DNA from: Glaucostegus cemiculus
Taxonomy: Eukaryota
Length of the DNA: 64,000 nucleotides
Direction of reading: 5' to 3'
Assembly: GCA_976551045.1 (NCBI GenBank)
Contig: CDPCPM010000026.1
Coordinates: forward strand, 14,384,001-14,448,000
The position numbers were made by a program, and so were the translations under genes. This document shows positions 13,064 through 25,689 of the stretch, piece after piece. How positions within the stretch are numbered: position 1 is the first letter of the stretch; every line of letters starts with the position of its first letter. Under the pieces are notes generated by a model. It was given only the letters and a program-made list of their open reading frames with translations. It did not search any database and was not told the origin of the DNA.

Positions 13064-14295
13064 ATGTAAATGCAAGTTATTTGGACATATATATTGAAAA
13101 CAATCCTGTTATAATGTGTTTTATACAACAGTATATTGAAATTCATATGGCAGAATGTAATTTTAAATGGTGAATAAATATTTGATTTAGTTTATACATC
13201 AACAGAATATGCTTATAAGTATCATAAATAATTAAGTAATTTGTGTTTATAAATGATTTTCATTAATTAAATGTATTGAAAAGTTTGAAAGAACCAAGAA
13301 ATGAAGCATATGTTGTTTCCAGGGTTACTAAGGTAAAGTCCCCTTCTAAAACACCACTCCACCTTGGATATATTAAGCAGAACTTAACAATTTGAAGATA
13401 TCCACATGCATTCCCACATCAAATGTAATTTGCTGCCAAACTATTACCAGACTGCACACTTACCACCCAGAAAGAAGCTGAGTATTTCAGAGAAAATATA
13501 CCCCAGTTCAAGAAGTCAGGTTTTCAGTCTGGGTGGGATTTCTGACACCAAGGTAATGAAAAGAAGTTCTCTTCAGGATCCCCCATAATCATCCAATATT
13601 TACCTTTTGATGAAGTATATGTCAAAGTGCTCAAGAAATATAATTGAGTGTGTTGATACATTATCAAATTAACTTCTGTTGCATCAGTGATCATACACTG
13701 ATGCTTGGAATTCTTTGAAATGCAGTACTTTGATTTATACCATTATATAAATTGTTCAGGATACAGGATGATATAATGATACAGGATGGGAAACTGTCTT
13801 CAGTGATAATGTTCTATTTATTAATACACAACACTCACCGTCAAGGTGTAATTTCATCAAAATTGCTGTTGCAATTTTCCATCATTTTTTTAAAAATAAT
13901 AGTTTTCCTTACATTTAAGCTATTAACAGGAAGCACAAGGGCAAACAGTATCAATGCAATACTTAAATAATGGTTATTAATTGCATGAGGAGACTCAAAG
14001 ATAAGGAAAGGCAATGTAGCTCATCTAATATTGCAAAGCCCTAACAATGCCATAACTAATTCCAATGTACATTGAACATCCAATCTTTTGTCTCTTCCGC
14101 ACTTTGTGGCAGATCATTTCAAGGTGTGGTTACTTTGAGTAAATAAGGTTCTCTCAATATCTTCTTTATAAACTGGGTTTACCTCTATGCACAGTGAGTG
14201 TCTTCTCTCACCCACTTTTAGCTTAAGGTGCAAAGATTTTTACCTGATATTTCCTCACAGCTTGTCCTTCTCTTTGCATGGAATCAGTTTTGATT

Positions 14296-14540
14296 TCAAG
14301 TTCAAGTTCAAGTTTATTGCCCTAGGCAGACATACCCAGAGTATCAATAAAGTGAAAGGTAGCTTTTTGCAGCAGCGGCACAGTACATTACAAGCATGAC
14401 AAACAAAAGTTAACATATACTTAAATTAACATAAAGTATACATAACTTAGATGACAAAATAAACAAAATAAACATAATGACATAAGTCTGAGGTAGTGTT
14501 CAAGAGAGAGAGAAAAAGGAAAACAGTCCGAGGCAGTGTT
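14296..14540 (-). mobile_element. 3'UTR fragment of a Rex1/Babar-like LINE
   Basis: (TTCAAG)n tail followed by tttattg (reverse of aataaa), the same organisation as the tail at 26016. Confidence 0.55.
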
Positions 14541-15254
14541 CTGTAACCTCTTCCACGGTATTGTGGGATAGAATGCAAAAATCAACAATAGTTTCCATGT
14601 ATTGTTTGATTGGTGCATCTGAAACATTAGCATAACTTCTGTAGAAATACTTCTGACTACATACTTGAATGGTCTATTTTTTTAATTGACACATTTTTTG
14701 GACAGCATTTATGGTGAGCATTTCCCTTTGTCTCTGTGCTTCAAAACAGTTGAGGTTCCTCAGAACAGCATGGTGAGTTACTTGTATGACTCTTGCTGCT
14801 GGCAAGGAGGAACCCATACAGACACTGAAGCTCTGATCATGGAATTAAAAGAACAAATCATCTTAGAGCACAGAACTGCACCCAATGCTTTAGAGGTAGC
14901 CCCTGACCTACCTAGCCTCTAGAGCTGTCTGTGAGAAGAGTAAACGATTACATGGCACAGTTAATTTCAGGATTTGTTAAGCTGATAAACAATTTCTTAA
15001 TCAGTTTAGGCAGACTCAAAATGTTGTGTGCCGTATGCTGCATTATTTACTATCTCCCACCCCCAGTGTGTTACAGGGTAGACTATGTTAGAGTTTAAAT
15101 AGGCCAAGACCATTCTATCCAGCAGCACATCATCTGCCACAGGAAATTTACAACCAAAGAAATTCAGATCCAGATTGAACTGCCACAATGTCTACCGTTA
15201 ATAGGACTTGCTCCTAAGTTCAACAACACTGAATGGTTAATTTGCTTAAAATAT

Positions 15255-16038
15255 CAATAGACCGATTAGGTGGCAGAAAAGTGGCAAATGGAATTCAATG
15301 CAGAGAAGTGTGAAGAGGCAATGCAAGACCAGAAATGGCACAATTTATGGTCAGATGCTGAGAAGGGTAAAGGAACAGGAGGATCTTAGCTTCTCTACAG
15401 ATCCCAAAGGAAGGAAAAGAGGTGACTGAGAAAGCTTACAGGATGCTTTCCTTTATGAGGTGAAGCATGAAATAAAGATCAGGGAAGTCATGCTCAAATG
15501 ATATGAAGTGCCATTTACACTACAATTCAAGAACTGTGTACAGTCTGGTCATTATATTAAAGGAAAACTGTGCTAACTCTTCTGGAGCAGGTACAGATGA
15601 GACTTACAAGGATGTTGCCAGAAATGGATAATTTCTAATATTGTGAATATAAATTAGAATGACGTTGTTTACTTTAAAACAGAGGCATCCAAAAGGAGAA
15701 TTAATCAGGGTGCATAAACCTCTGAGAATTTAGGACATCTTCCTTAGCAGAGAGAAAAAAAGTTTTAAAATATTTGGGTAGAAGGGTTAGAGGGAAATTA
15801 AGGAAAGGCAGTTTCAGCCAGAGAATGTTGGGAGGCTGGAATATACTTGAAGAAAAGATGGTAAAAGATGAGGCCTCTTAAAAAGTACTTGGACAAGTGA
15901 CTGATGTGCCACAATCTTCAAATCCAATAACCAAAATCTGTAAGTGGGATTAAGGTGGATAATTCTTTATTTTCCAGCCAAAAGGGACCAAGTGGGCTAT
16001 GTGGCCTCCTTCCACGTGTTACTTTTCCATGATTCTAT
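15255..16038 (+). mobile_element. CR1 LINE 3' portion, decayed
   Basis: RWAEKWQMEFNAEKCE..KAYRMLSF..REVML..LEQVQMRLTRMLPEM..FSQRMLGGWN, terminal gtggcctccttcc..ttccatgattcta. Confidence 0.85.
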
Positions 16039-16339
16039 AACTTTCTAGGGATTGATGTTGTCCTTCAGTATGGATTACCTTTTTGACTATGTACTCTAGA
16101 TTTTACCATATCCAATATACCATCCCTAATTCTTCCTTCATTAGTGAAGGTGTAATCCTCCTGAAATCTACACAAGTATTACATTGTCAGGCGCATTAAC
16201 TAAAATCTAAAAATATAATGGCAGTAATATTTGAAATGAGGATGGACAATATTAATAATTCCTCCATTTTTGAATCCCTCTGACCTTGGTCTCCTTACAC
16301 CAGATCATATAATGCACAAAATAGAACCAAAATTTTTAA

Positions 16340-16515
16340 GCTGGAGCTCTGAAATAAAAGAGCAAGTGCTGGAAATAGTCAGCAGGTCAGACAGCATCTT
16401 TGGAGGAAAAAACAGTCAAGTTTTCAAGTCGATGACTCAAACATCTGAAACCCAGTTTCTCTTTCTACAGATGCTGTCAACCTGCTGAGCATTTCTCATA
16501 TTTTTTGTTTTTACT
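16340..16515. mobile_element. Penelope-derived palindromic element
   Basis: Inverted arms tgctggaaatagtcagcaggtcagacagcatct and agatgctgtcaacctgctgagcatttctca. Confidence 0.75.
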
Positions 16516-17099
16516 GCATAATGCAGAGTTTATTCACCATCAAATTACAGTACACTTCTCTGCCATTCTGCTAATATGTTCACTAAAAAACTTGTATTTT
16601 TAACCTGTTGTTCCAGAAGCCTGTTTCATGTACCAAGGATAACTCATGCATTTCAATTGCTCCCAACCTCTTGGTTCCCTCCTTTTAACCAATATCCTCT
16701 CATTCCATGCTCGTTACAACAACCTCTTTTACATATGAAGCAAAACCCTTTCCCTTGTTTACACCCATCAAAGATTCACCCCTTCCATCTGTCATTATTA
16801 TCAAAAATCAAGGTTTAGAAATCCCTAGAGCAAATAGATTTTTATTTGAAGTATATGTCATCATTCCAGTATTAAATTGATAACTCCATAGGTTTGATAG
16901 GGCAATGTAATGGTTGTGATATTATTTCCACAGTATGGTGTGGCTTTTTTAATTTGTTTTAGCATTTCCTTGACAGTGTTGGCCAAGTTGATCCCAGTCA
17001 ATTATGAACCTAATTAAATCCTTCTTTTCATTAACAAAGTATGATTCTCATTGCCATATACACTTCAGATTTCTAAATGTCAGCTTTTGTTCATTTTGT

Positions 17100-17500
17100 A
17101 GAAATCAGAAAGCTGTGGAGTAATGACACACTCCATAAACTTGAGGACAAAAACTGAGGCTGACATTGAGGGAGTGCTGCAGTGTCAATGGGGTCACCCT
17201 TCAGATGAGATGTTAAACTGGGGTCTTGTCTATTCTTGCAGATGGACATAAAAATTTCAAGGTGTTATTTTAAAGAGATTTTTTTTTCTGCGAACATGGT
17301 CAGCATTTAACCTTCAACCAGCATCTCTCGAAATAGATCATCACATCATTTTTTGTGAGACCTAACTCTCTGCAAATTGGCAGTCAAGTTTCTGACAGTG
17401 CTAAAGTGTCTACACTTCAAAAGTACTTCATTGGTTGTAAAGTTCTTTTGTTTATCCTGAGACCATGAAATGTGATATATAAAAACAAATCTTTCTTTTT
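17100..17500 (+). mobile_element. DeuSINE (SacSINE1/AmnSINE1-like), old
   Basis: Deu-domain-like aggctgacattgagggagtgctgcagtgtc..ttcagatgagatgttaaactgggg..tggacataaaaa. Tail acacttcaaaagtacttcattggttgtaaag..atgaaatgtgatatataaa. Confidence 0.8.
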
Positions 17501-18139
17501 TTCCTTCCAGAAGCCATCAGCTTTGAGCTTGTCATATCCTTGATCCAAGCATACATGCAAGAATTGAATGCCCTAAGTGAGGTGAATGTATCATCCCTTA
17601 ACATCAAGGCAGGATAAGACTGATTCCGATACTAAGAAGTTCCACTGAAGTGAAGGAGTCAAGGCTGCAACCACACTTTACACTAAGGAAGGTGATAGTT
17701 GCTGTTGTTGCAATGGTTTAAACATATGAACCTAGTAATAAGAAACATTTGCGTCACATTAGCTTAATGATTGAAAGGGTCCAGCTGCCTCCCCTATATT
17801 AAATGATATTACCATCAATATTCTGTAGGCCATCGCTATCCAGAAGCTTACTCGGTCTTATTGTATTGACAATATTACAAGGTCAGAGACTCTTCGCCAA
17901 ACTGCTGACAGCTTGTCCTCCAGCTGCAAATCAGTTCCCCAGCTGGGTGCAGGTGCAACAGTGGTCAGTTCTGAACCACCCAGTACAGGCTGACTTGTGT
18001 GTAAGGCACTCCTGCCATTTCACTCAACAGCTGGTAATCCACCACTAATACAGTCTGGTTGCACCTCTGATATCAATAGCATCTCCTTGGTCCCAACTTC
18101 TACTCACAAGAAGGATAAGGGTAATCGTTTAATTGAATG

Positions 18140-18450
18140 TATCCCTCCAAGCCATACTATCCTGACTTGAACATGAAAACAGACAATGCTTGAACATTCA
18201 ACATCAGGCAGCATTTAAGGAATGAGAAACAAAGTTAATGTTTCAGATCGAATACATTTCATGAGAACATATATTGCTACTCCTTCACCGTTATTAGGAT
18301 AAATTCTGTATCAAACACCATTGTGGGAGCGCAATGAATAAAGCACAGGGAGTGTTTCCAAGAGCAGCTCCACAATTGCCTTCACAGAACACTTATTTGT
18401 AATAAAAGTGTGGGTTTTCTATTGACATGCACATCCTAAGACCAAAATCA
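18140..18450 (+). mobile_element. 3'UTR of the CR1-group LINE interrupted by a Penelope-derived fragment (~18175-18265)
   Basis: ccctccaagccatactatcctgacttg / atattgctactccttcaccgtt..caccattgtgggag flank aaaacagacaatgcttgaacattcaacatcaggcagcat..gaaacaaagttaatgtttcag. Confidence 0.55.
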
Positions 18451-21185
18451 AAGAATTAATATACACTTCCTCTGCGGTCACCTCTTGTAAACTATTCCAT
18501 TCATTAGAACTTAAGGCTGCATCAAGAGTCCACATGGCTTCTCTACTGAAATGGCAATTTAAAATAACGCCATTAGCATTTCACACAGTGGAGTCTCCAC
18601 AACACAAGGCTCTGTTACTTCTCTGTTGAATATATTGTGAAGATTGCAGTTGATGAAAGCCTGCCCTTCCTCTCCCCTTAGGTTTTGTGACCATATTTTT
18701 TACACAATGATAGCAATAGAAATATGAGAAGCTTGGAATTGTCCTCTGGTGTAAGAGAACAGTTACTTTGACTTGAACCAAGAAAGCAATTACAAGTTCT
18801 GAGAAAAATTATAATGGGAACTAGATGCAGCTGCAAGTGCTCAGAAAAAAAAAGCTGAATCCTGCCAAGGAAAATATCAGGATTAACAAAATACTTTAAC
18901 TCTTCCACCTTCTTGCAAAGTTGAGCAACTTTTGTTTTGAGTTATTCCCTCTTATTGTGATATTCAAAGTGGTCTTATCTCCTTTTCTTGGAAGTCATGT
19001 TCAAAAATCTGAACCAGAAAGGTCTTTGAAAAATTTAACTAGCACTGAATTAACCAACCCACTATATCCATCCACCCACTGACTGCTGTTCCAGATCCCA
19101 CCAACAGAACTATGAAAAGACTACAACAATCTTCTTCCCCAGAATTCCACTAAATGTCAGCTCTCCTCAAAACCCAAATGCACTAGAATCTAGCTATTCA
19201 GAGCAATGTTTTCCATCATCACTTCAGATGAATGCAAAGGCAAAATGCCAGACACAACTCCCTGAACTGACCTGGTACACAGCATCTTTTATCCCTCCAC
19301 TAAGCAAATAGATTTGAAGCTAAGAACAAAACGCTAAACATCACAATAAGTCTTCCCAAGCTTGCACTAAAAACCTGGACAGTCTGATGTGCCTTTTCCT
19401 GCGATAGAAAACAAAAACCAATTCAACTCTGCAGAATGTATTGAACCTAATAATTCTCCTATTGCCTCTGTACTTGCAGTAGTTTATTAACGCCACGTCA
19501 TGTTGAGTAAAAGTGAAGTAAGATAAATTGGCATATGATTGAATATCAAAATTTTGGCCCAGCCTGGACCGAGTCATTCTTGGAGAACTTGAGCTCATTT
19601 TTAGCTGAGGAAACAAGATTTATCTAGTATCATAAAATTTACTTCTCAATTTAAAGAAACTAATGATATAAGTGGATGAGTAGCTCACAGAACATGTGCA
19701 GAGTGATAGGAGGGAATCAAACCCTCATGGAATTTTCACTTGTAAACTGATAGGTTATGAATTCAATAGCAAATTTAATGAGGTCCAGAACCAGATTCAA
19801 ATTAACTTTATGCAATAGACCCACTGCATGTTGTGTTTTAGTGAGATGGCAATCTGTTTGGAAAGAGTAAGTTTCTAAAGCTGGGTTACCTTTTGTGTAT
19901 AATGTGTGATTTTTTAAAACAATAATATTATCATCATAACTACTGAAAAATGACAAATACACTTATTGATCTTCAAAGTATATGTAATGAGGTAATGGTC
20001 ATCTTCAACACTTTTAATATCACATTAAAATCTACAGAATTGCAGGCAGCAGTAAAACTCAGTAAATGCTTTCATGTGAAATGAACACCAGAAGTGAACT
20101 GTCAGATTCTCTTCAAAAATAGTCCCTTTTCAAAGCTTGACATGTAGAAGATTGTGGTCACTTTGGACAGGGCATGACAATTCTTTGATTTCAGGTGGAA
20201 CAAGTTATCAGAATATAGGTAGGTCAGACTAGCTGATCTTCATCAGACCTTAATGTAGTGATAAACTTTAAACCTCACCTTAAATTCACCTTAAAATAGA
20301 GAAGGTAAGGCATGTATTTATATATTGCCTTCCAAAGTGCCTTTTAGCCCATGAAGTACCTTTAAAATATTGTCAGTGTTGTAAAGAAGGAAATGCAGGC
20401 GGCAATACATACAGAGCAAACTCCCATAATCAGCAGTGCTATAATAACTGAGCTGTCTGTTTCTGAGTAGTTTGAATGAGAAAACAGTTAGGACAGGAGA
20501 AATGACATCAAAATTCAGCCCTCTGATCTTTTCTATCAATCCGATGAGAACAGATTTCATATCTCATTGAAAAGAAGGTACAAACAGCACCTCCAAAAGT
20601 ACATTGCACCCAAAACACTATACTGGAGTTTAAGTCCAGATGTTTTTGCTTAAGAGGCAGGAACATAGTCAAATGAGACATAGCTGACACTACTGAGTTC
20701 TCACATGAACATTCAGCAGGAAATATTGACCAGATAGTGCATTGGGATATTTTACATCCAGTGTAGTGGGATATAAATAGGTGGAAGGACAATGTGTGAC
20801 TATGGAACTTAGCATGAACAAGACAGGCATCTATAAAATCAGGAAAGGAAATAAAGGTCTCTGCTGGAGACAGGCTGTATGCAAAGCATGGGAAAGGAAT
20901 CACCTATCAGTCAAATAAGCCCTTAAAACATTGAACATATATTTATAAAACAGCACTCAAGATATCTTCCTTGTATTTAGTAATGCTGAACATTGCCATA
21001 AGCATACTGTACAGTCCCTATAAACCTGGCTGCCCAGTACCTCGGTGGGTCCTGGAGTCCAAATAGAAATCTTTTCACCATGAGCTCCTGCTGAATTATT
21101 ATAGCAAAGGAATAAAGCTTTAGCTGTGGCTTGGCCTGTTACCCACGGGATGTACTTGTGTGTCATAAAACAGGTAAAGAAATTC

Positions 21186-22300
21186 AAAGCAACGAACAAT
21201 CTGCTGGAGGAATTCAGAGAGTCGAGCAGCATCTGTAGTGGGAGAGGAATTGTCAATGTTTTGGGTCAAAACCCCGCATTAGGAGGAAGGGTGGAGAGGG
21301 AAGATAGCCGGTTAAGAGGAGAGGGGGACTGGTGACACACCGGGGCCAATAGGTTGGCTGAGGAGGTGTGAAGGATAGCAAGCAGATAGAGCCAGGTAGG
21401 GGAGGGGGAGAGGGAGAGGTGGTTTTGGAAGACAGAGGCAGGTGAATGATAGACGGAGGTAAAAAGAAGGCGAGTGGAGCCAGGTTGGTGGAGGGAAGAG
21501 GAGGGCGAAGGTGGAGGTAGCTCGGAGAGTGATAAAAAGGAACACAAAGGCTACTACTGCTGGAATATGATAAGTAAGGAAGGTGATAATGGGAACTATC
21601 AGGGGAAAGGTGAAGGGCAAATGGAACCAGAACCACATAGGGAGGGGGGAGTTGGTGGATGAAACGTGTGGGCAGTGGGTGGATGGAACAAAACAGAGGA
21701 CAAAGACCGAAGGACCGGAGGAAGATCAGAGGGGTGGGGTGGGGGGGGGTAAAAATGCACTAGGAATGAGGGTTACCTGAGAATGGAAAGTTCAATGCTC
21801 ATACCATTGGGTTGCAGACTATCCAGTTGGAATATAAGGTGTTATTCCTCTAGTTTGCGTTGTACCTCACCCTGGCAGTGGAGAAGGCAGAGGATGGACA
21901 TGTCAGTGTGGGAATGGGGGAATGGGAAGGGGAAATTGAAATGGCATGCAACTGGGAGCTTGGAATGGCCATAGCAGACAGAGTGCAGGTGCTCTGCAAA
22001 TCAGTCGCCCTCATCTGCACTTGGTCTCACCAACGTAGAGGAGGCCACATCGGGAACACTGAATACAATGGACGAGATTGGGAGAGATGCCTATGAATCT
22101 GTGCCTCACCTAGAAGGGCTGTTTAGGTTCCCACATGGTGGTGAGGGAGGAGGTGAAGGGACAAGTTTTGCACCTCCTGTGGTTACAGGGGAAATGATGG
22201 GAGGGATAGGTAGGGAGGGATGAGTGGACTAGGGAGTCACGGAGGGAGTGATGCCCCTGGAAGGTAGGGAGGCGAAGATGTGGCTTGTTGCAGCTGTGGC
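21186..22300 (-). mobile_element. Penelope-like retroelement 3' part: decayed GIY-YIG endonuclease, pyrimidine-rich 3'UTR and terminal repeat
   Basis: Minus translation CNHRRCKTCPFTSSLTT..NLVHCIQCSRCGLLYVGETKCR..HSHTDMSIL..RKLEE*HLIFQLDSLQPNGMSIE (GIY-YIG plus Penelope C/H motif). Degenerate hammerhead at ~21252-21285. Confidence 0.9.
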
Positions 22301-23599
22301 AGAAATGATAAAGGTTAAGAAATCATGTTTGTCATAGAATTATTTGCACACCTTTGCGAAACTCTAGGAATGTCAAGACTCACAAATTTGCAACTCTCCG
22401 CATTAATAATTGGTATCACACTGATCCTTTAAGTACTGTTCCACACAAATCCATGTTTTTTTATGCAGCTGCTGACTATCCAAGCAGTCCTTTGGGTGCA
22501 CCTTTCCCCGATAGCATCAGATTAACCGGTAAGTGACGTAGATATTGTGAAATTTATGTTCACAGTCAGAAGCTCCAGCACCAGAACTGACCATAAAAAT
22601 CATAACCCTGGTATCCATCTTCACCTCAGATATAGCTGTCAGTTAAACCCACTATCTCAACAGGGTTCTCAAGCTGTCAGTCATTTAAGAGATCTGAGTT
22701 GATGGAAATTGATAAATGCATTGGTTGGTTTCAAACACTTTAATCAACCTCTAAACGCAATAAAAGTTACCAGATGTACAGTCAGCTTAAAAAGTGGCTT
22801 CATTGAACTGAAGGTCCTGCTTGAAATGGTTTGAATGTTGTTGCAGTTGCAGCATTCCTGCTTTAGATTGTTTACTTAACCCAAATCCATATTTTCCTGC
22901 TTTGTGACAAGTGGCTGTGAAAGTGGTGAGGAAAATGGAAGAACCATGGCCATATTTTCCCTGGCAATTCCACAAGTGCATCGAAAGGATGGCGAGGTTC
23001 AAACCTGAAATTATTTTTCCAAGTGATTGTTCAAAGTGTTACTCGAGCAGTCCAATTCCTCAGTGGAACGAATCAGCCTGTTTCTGTGAGAGCACAGAGG
23101 TTCCACAGGAATGCCAAGTACATGTTTCATTGTTTGGGTAAATCATTTTAAAAAAAAATGACTGATTAGCTTTGTATTACGCTACTATCCAGCCACCAGT
23201 GCTTTTACTTCTACTCTTCTTCATGTTGAAATGCTTTAGTTTAATACAGCTCTTGCATGGTTTTTCACATGACATGATCATACAAATGAAACAATTAAAT
23301 GTTTGCCTTTCTGCACACTTACAATGTGACCTGTAATTTATATATGTTTACCATTTATTATTGAGGTTGGAGAGTTAAATTTCTTGTGATGAATCACTTG
23401 AACTTAAGCAGACCAGGTTAGTGGCTGCTTTTACTCTTGCCTACTGTCTGGCAGTGGACTTGTGTGTGGTGTGTGGTGACTTGTTGAGGCAGAGCTCACT
23501 GTGTGAATGCCTGGTCCAGAAGTCATACTCTGACATTCATGTTGAGTGAGCACTTGCCTTCTGGACACCCCTCTGCTCTGGCTCCTGCAGTACACCATC

Positions 23600-23945
23600 T
23601 GCAATTTGTTCTGGCTCTTCTTCAGAAGTATTGACATTCATGGTAAACCTTCTAATGATGTGGAAGTTCTGGACAATGGAATACACCAGTAGTGTCCAGC
23701 CACTTCACTCAGAGGATTCTGCACTGTGGTCCCAGACCCACTCCAGGATCCTCAATCAGCCAGCTAGCACCTTGGCCTCTTTGTATTTATCTGCCTGTTA
23801 TGGTGCTATACACCAGACATTAGGCCTTGCAGCTGATAAGCCATCCATCGACAACAACAGGCTTCTAAAATATTTTCACCTCTCCTTCACCTTTCTCCAG
23901 CATCATGTAAAGCAGCGGTGGAGCCAGAGAATGGACCGTTCTTTA
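23600..23945 (-). pseudogene. Highly decayed Harbinger transposase C-terminal remnant
   Basis: Collinear mixed-frame pieces FSGST (~FPGS.HD), GWLISCK (~GWLLGDK), ADKYKEA (~E.RYN.AH), WDHSAES (~LDRSGG), LLVYSIVQNFHIIR (~IV.CC.LHN). Confidence 0.45.
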
Positions 23946-25387
23946 TGTTATTCATCGTGATGAAGCCTGCCAACAAGCAGCATTAGAGGAAGCTCAAATC
24001 ATGATGCTGGCACTTAACTATCTTTGTGGACAGATGCCTACTTAGATACAAGGTACAATGAACACACTTAAAAGATTGCTCAGGTGTATTGTAGGTTGGA
24101 GAATAATTCATTCAGACCCAAATTTCTGTGATCATTTAAGCCAAACCAACTTGTTGGTGTATAAATTACACAGATATCAGTGCATATCAGGAGGAAAATC
24201 CAGCCCTTAAATCTTTTAGCAAAGCAGATTGTTTCCTTAGTATAATGAATTGACTAACAATGCTTAATCTTAGCTCTGCACGTGCAGATTCTATGGAATA
24301 CTCTGCCACACCAGACAATTCTTTTCTGCACTCAGCCCAGACAATGAACAATAATTATAATTTACATACATCTCCTTTATGTATTGGGCATGAGGGTTCA
24401 TAACTATTGGGAATGAGAGCAATTGATTGTGTTGTTATCAGCTGACTACATCGGAGTTTTTAACTGCTTTATTTTGGTGAGAAACTTACCCACATATTGG
24501 AAAAAGAAGCTTTAACTACATATATTTAGCTTTACAAATAGACCATTATGACTGGCAGAGAATTTTTGTTAAAAAGGCATAATTATTTTAAATTCATAAA
24601 CTATTTTTATAAAATGGCTATCTTGCCCACAGGTTGGATTAGACTTCACATTCTGCATAGCATGTTTTCTGCAGAATTCTAAAAGAATTATTGCACTCAA
24701 TAGATATTTTCCAATTGTTACTAAAAATTGCCAGTCAAAGGTAGCATATTTTAAATGTAATTTTCTGGGAAATGGTGTAATATTGATGTCATTATTAAAC
24801 TTATACTTACAGGACTGTGTTTACGTATTACTGTAGTTTGAATGACTAGCATTGGTATAAGTACTAAATTTGTTACTAAATTAGTAACAATTGTTAACAA
24901 AAAAAAAAGAAACTTCATAAGTTGTCCATAATTTGATGGGTAAATTTTGTACACAGTAATATCCAAAAATTCAGTGGAAGATTCCATTTATTCTGCTGTT
25001 GACAAAGTAATTAACATCAGCCAATGTACAATTTGATTCTTTTTTGACCAGGATATTGGTTCTTTAACACCAGCAAAGTGGGCTGCTAGGACCTTAGTAT
25101 GATGTCACACCTGTGATAGGGCAGAGTGTTTACATCTCATGCAATCTTATCTCTGATTGGGCAGAACTTGGCACCTCCCCAAGACCCTGAAACCTCAATC
25201 TCATTCCCTGAACTGCCTCCTAAAAATTCCATCTGTGTCATTCTATTGTGGATATTAAAATTTTCCATGCAAACTGCTTTGGCTGGTTCTCTACTTTGCC
25301 CTTGTCTTCTTTCCAGCCCACTCTGTCCATGCTGACCATCAAGTACCTATCAATATAACTATCAATATAAATGCCTGTCAATATTTG

Positions 25388-25680
25388 GGCAGGCACGGTA
25401 GAGTAACAGTTAGCATAACGCTATTTTAGCGCCAGCGACTCGGGTTCAATTCCAGCCACTGTCTGCAAGGAGTTTTTGTACGTTCTCCCTGTGACTGGAT
25501 GGGTTTCTTCCGGGTGCTCCAGTTTCCTCCCACATTCCAAAGTTGTATGGGTTAGGAAGCTGTGGGCATGCCAGAAGCATGGCAACACTTGCGGGCTGCT
25601 CCCAGAACACTCTAGGCAAAAGATGCATTTCACTGTGTGTTTCAATGTACATGTGACTAACAAAGTATCTTATCTTATAT
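25388..25680 (+). mobile_element. Full-length V-SINE with (ATCTT)n tail
   Basis: ggcaggcacggtagagtaacagttagc head, gggttcaattcc B-box, V-domain, tail catgtgactaacaaagtatcttatcttat. Confidence 0.92.
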
Positions 25681-25689
25681 TGTTACCAG

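Noticed and set aside
19341-19616. 91-aa ORF as a possible host exon
   Set aside because: No recognisable domain, no convincing splice sites and no partner exons.
21253-21780. Several overlapping ORFs of up to ~127 aa
   Set aside because: Purine/pyrimidine-biased Penelope 3'UTR that is naturally poor in stop codons.
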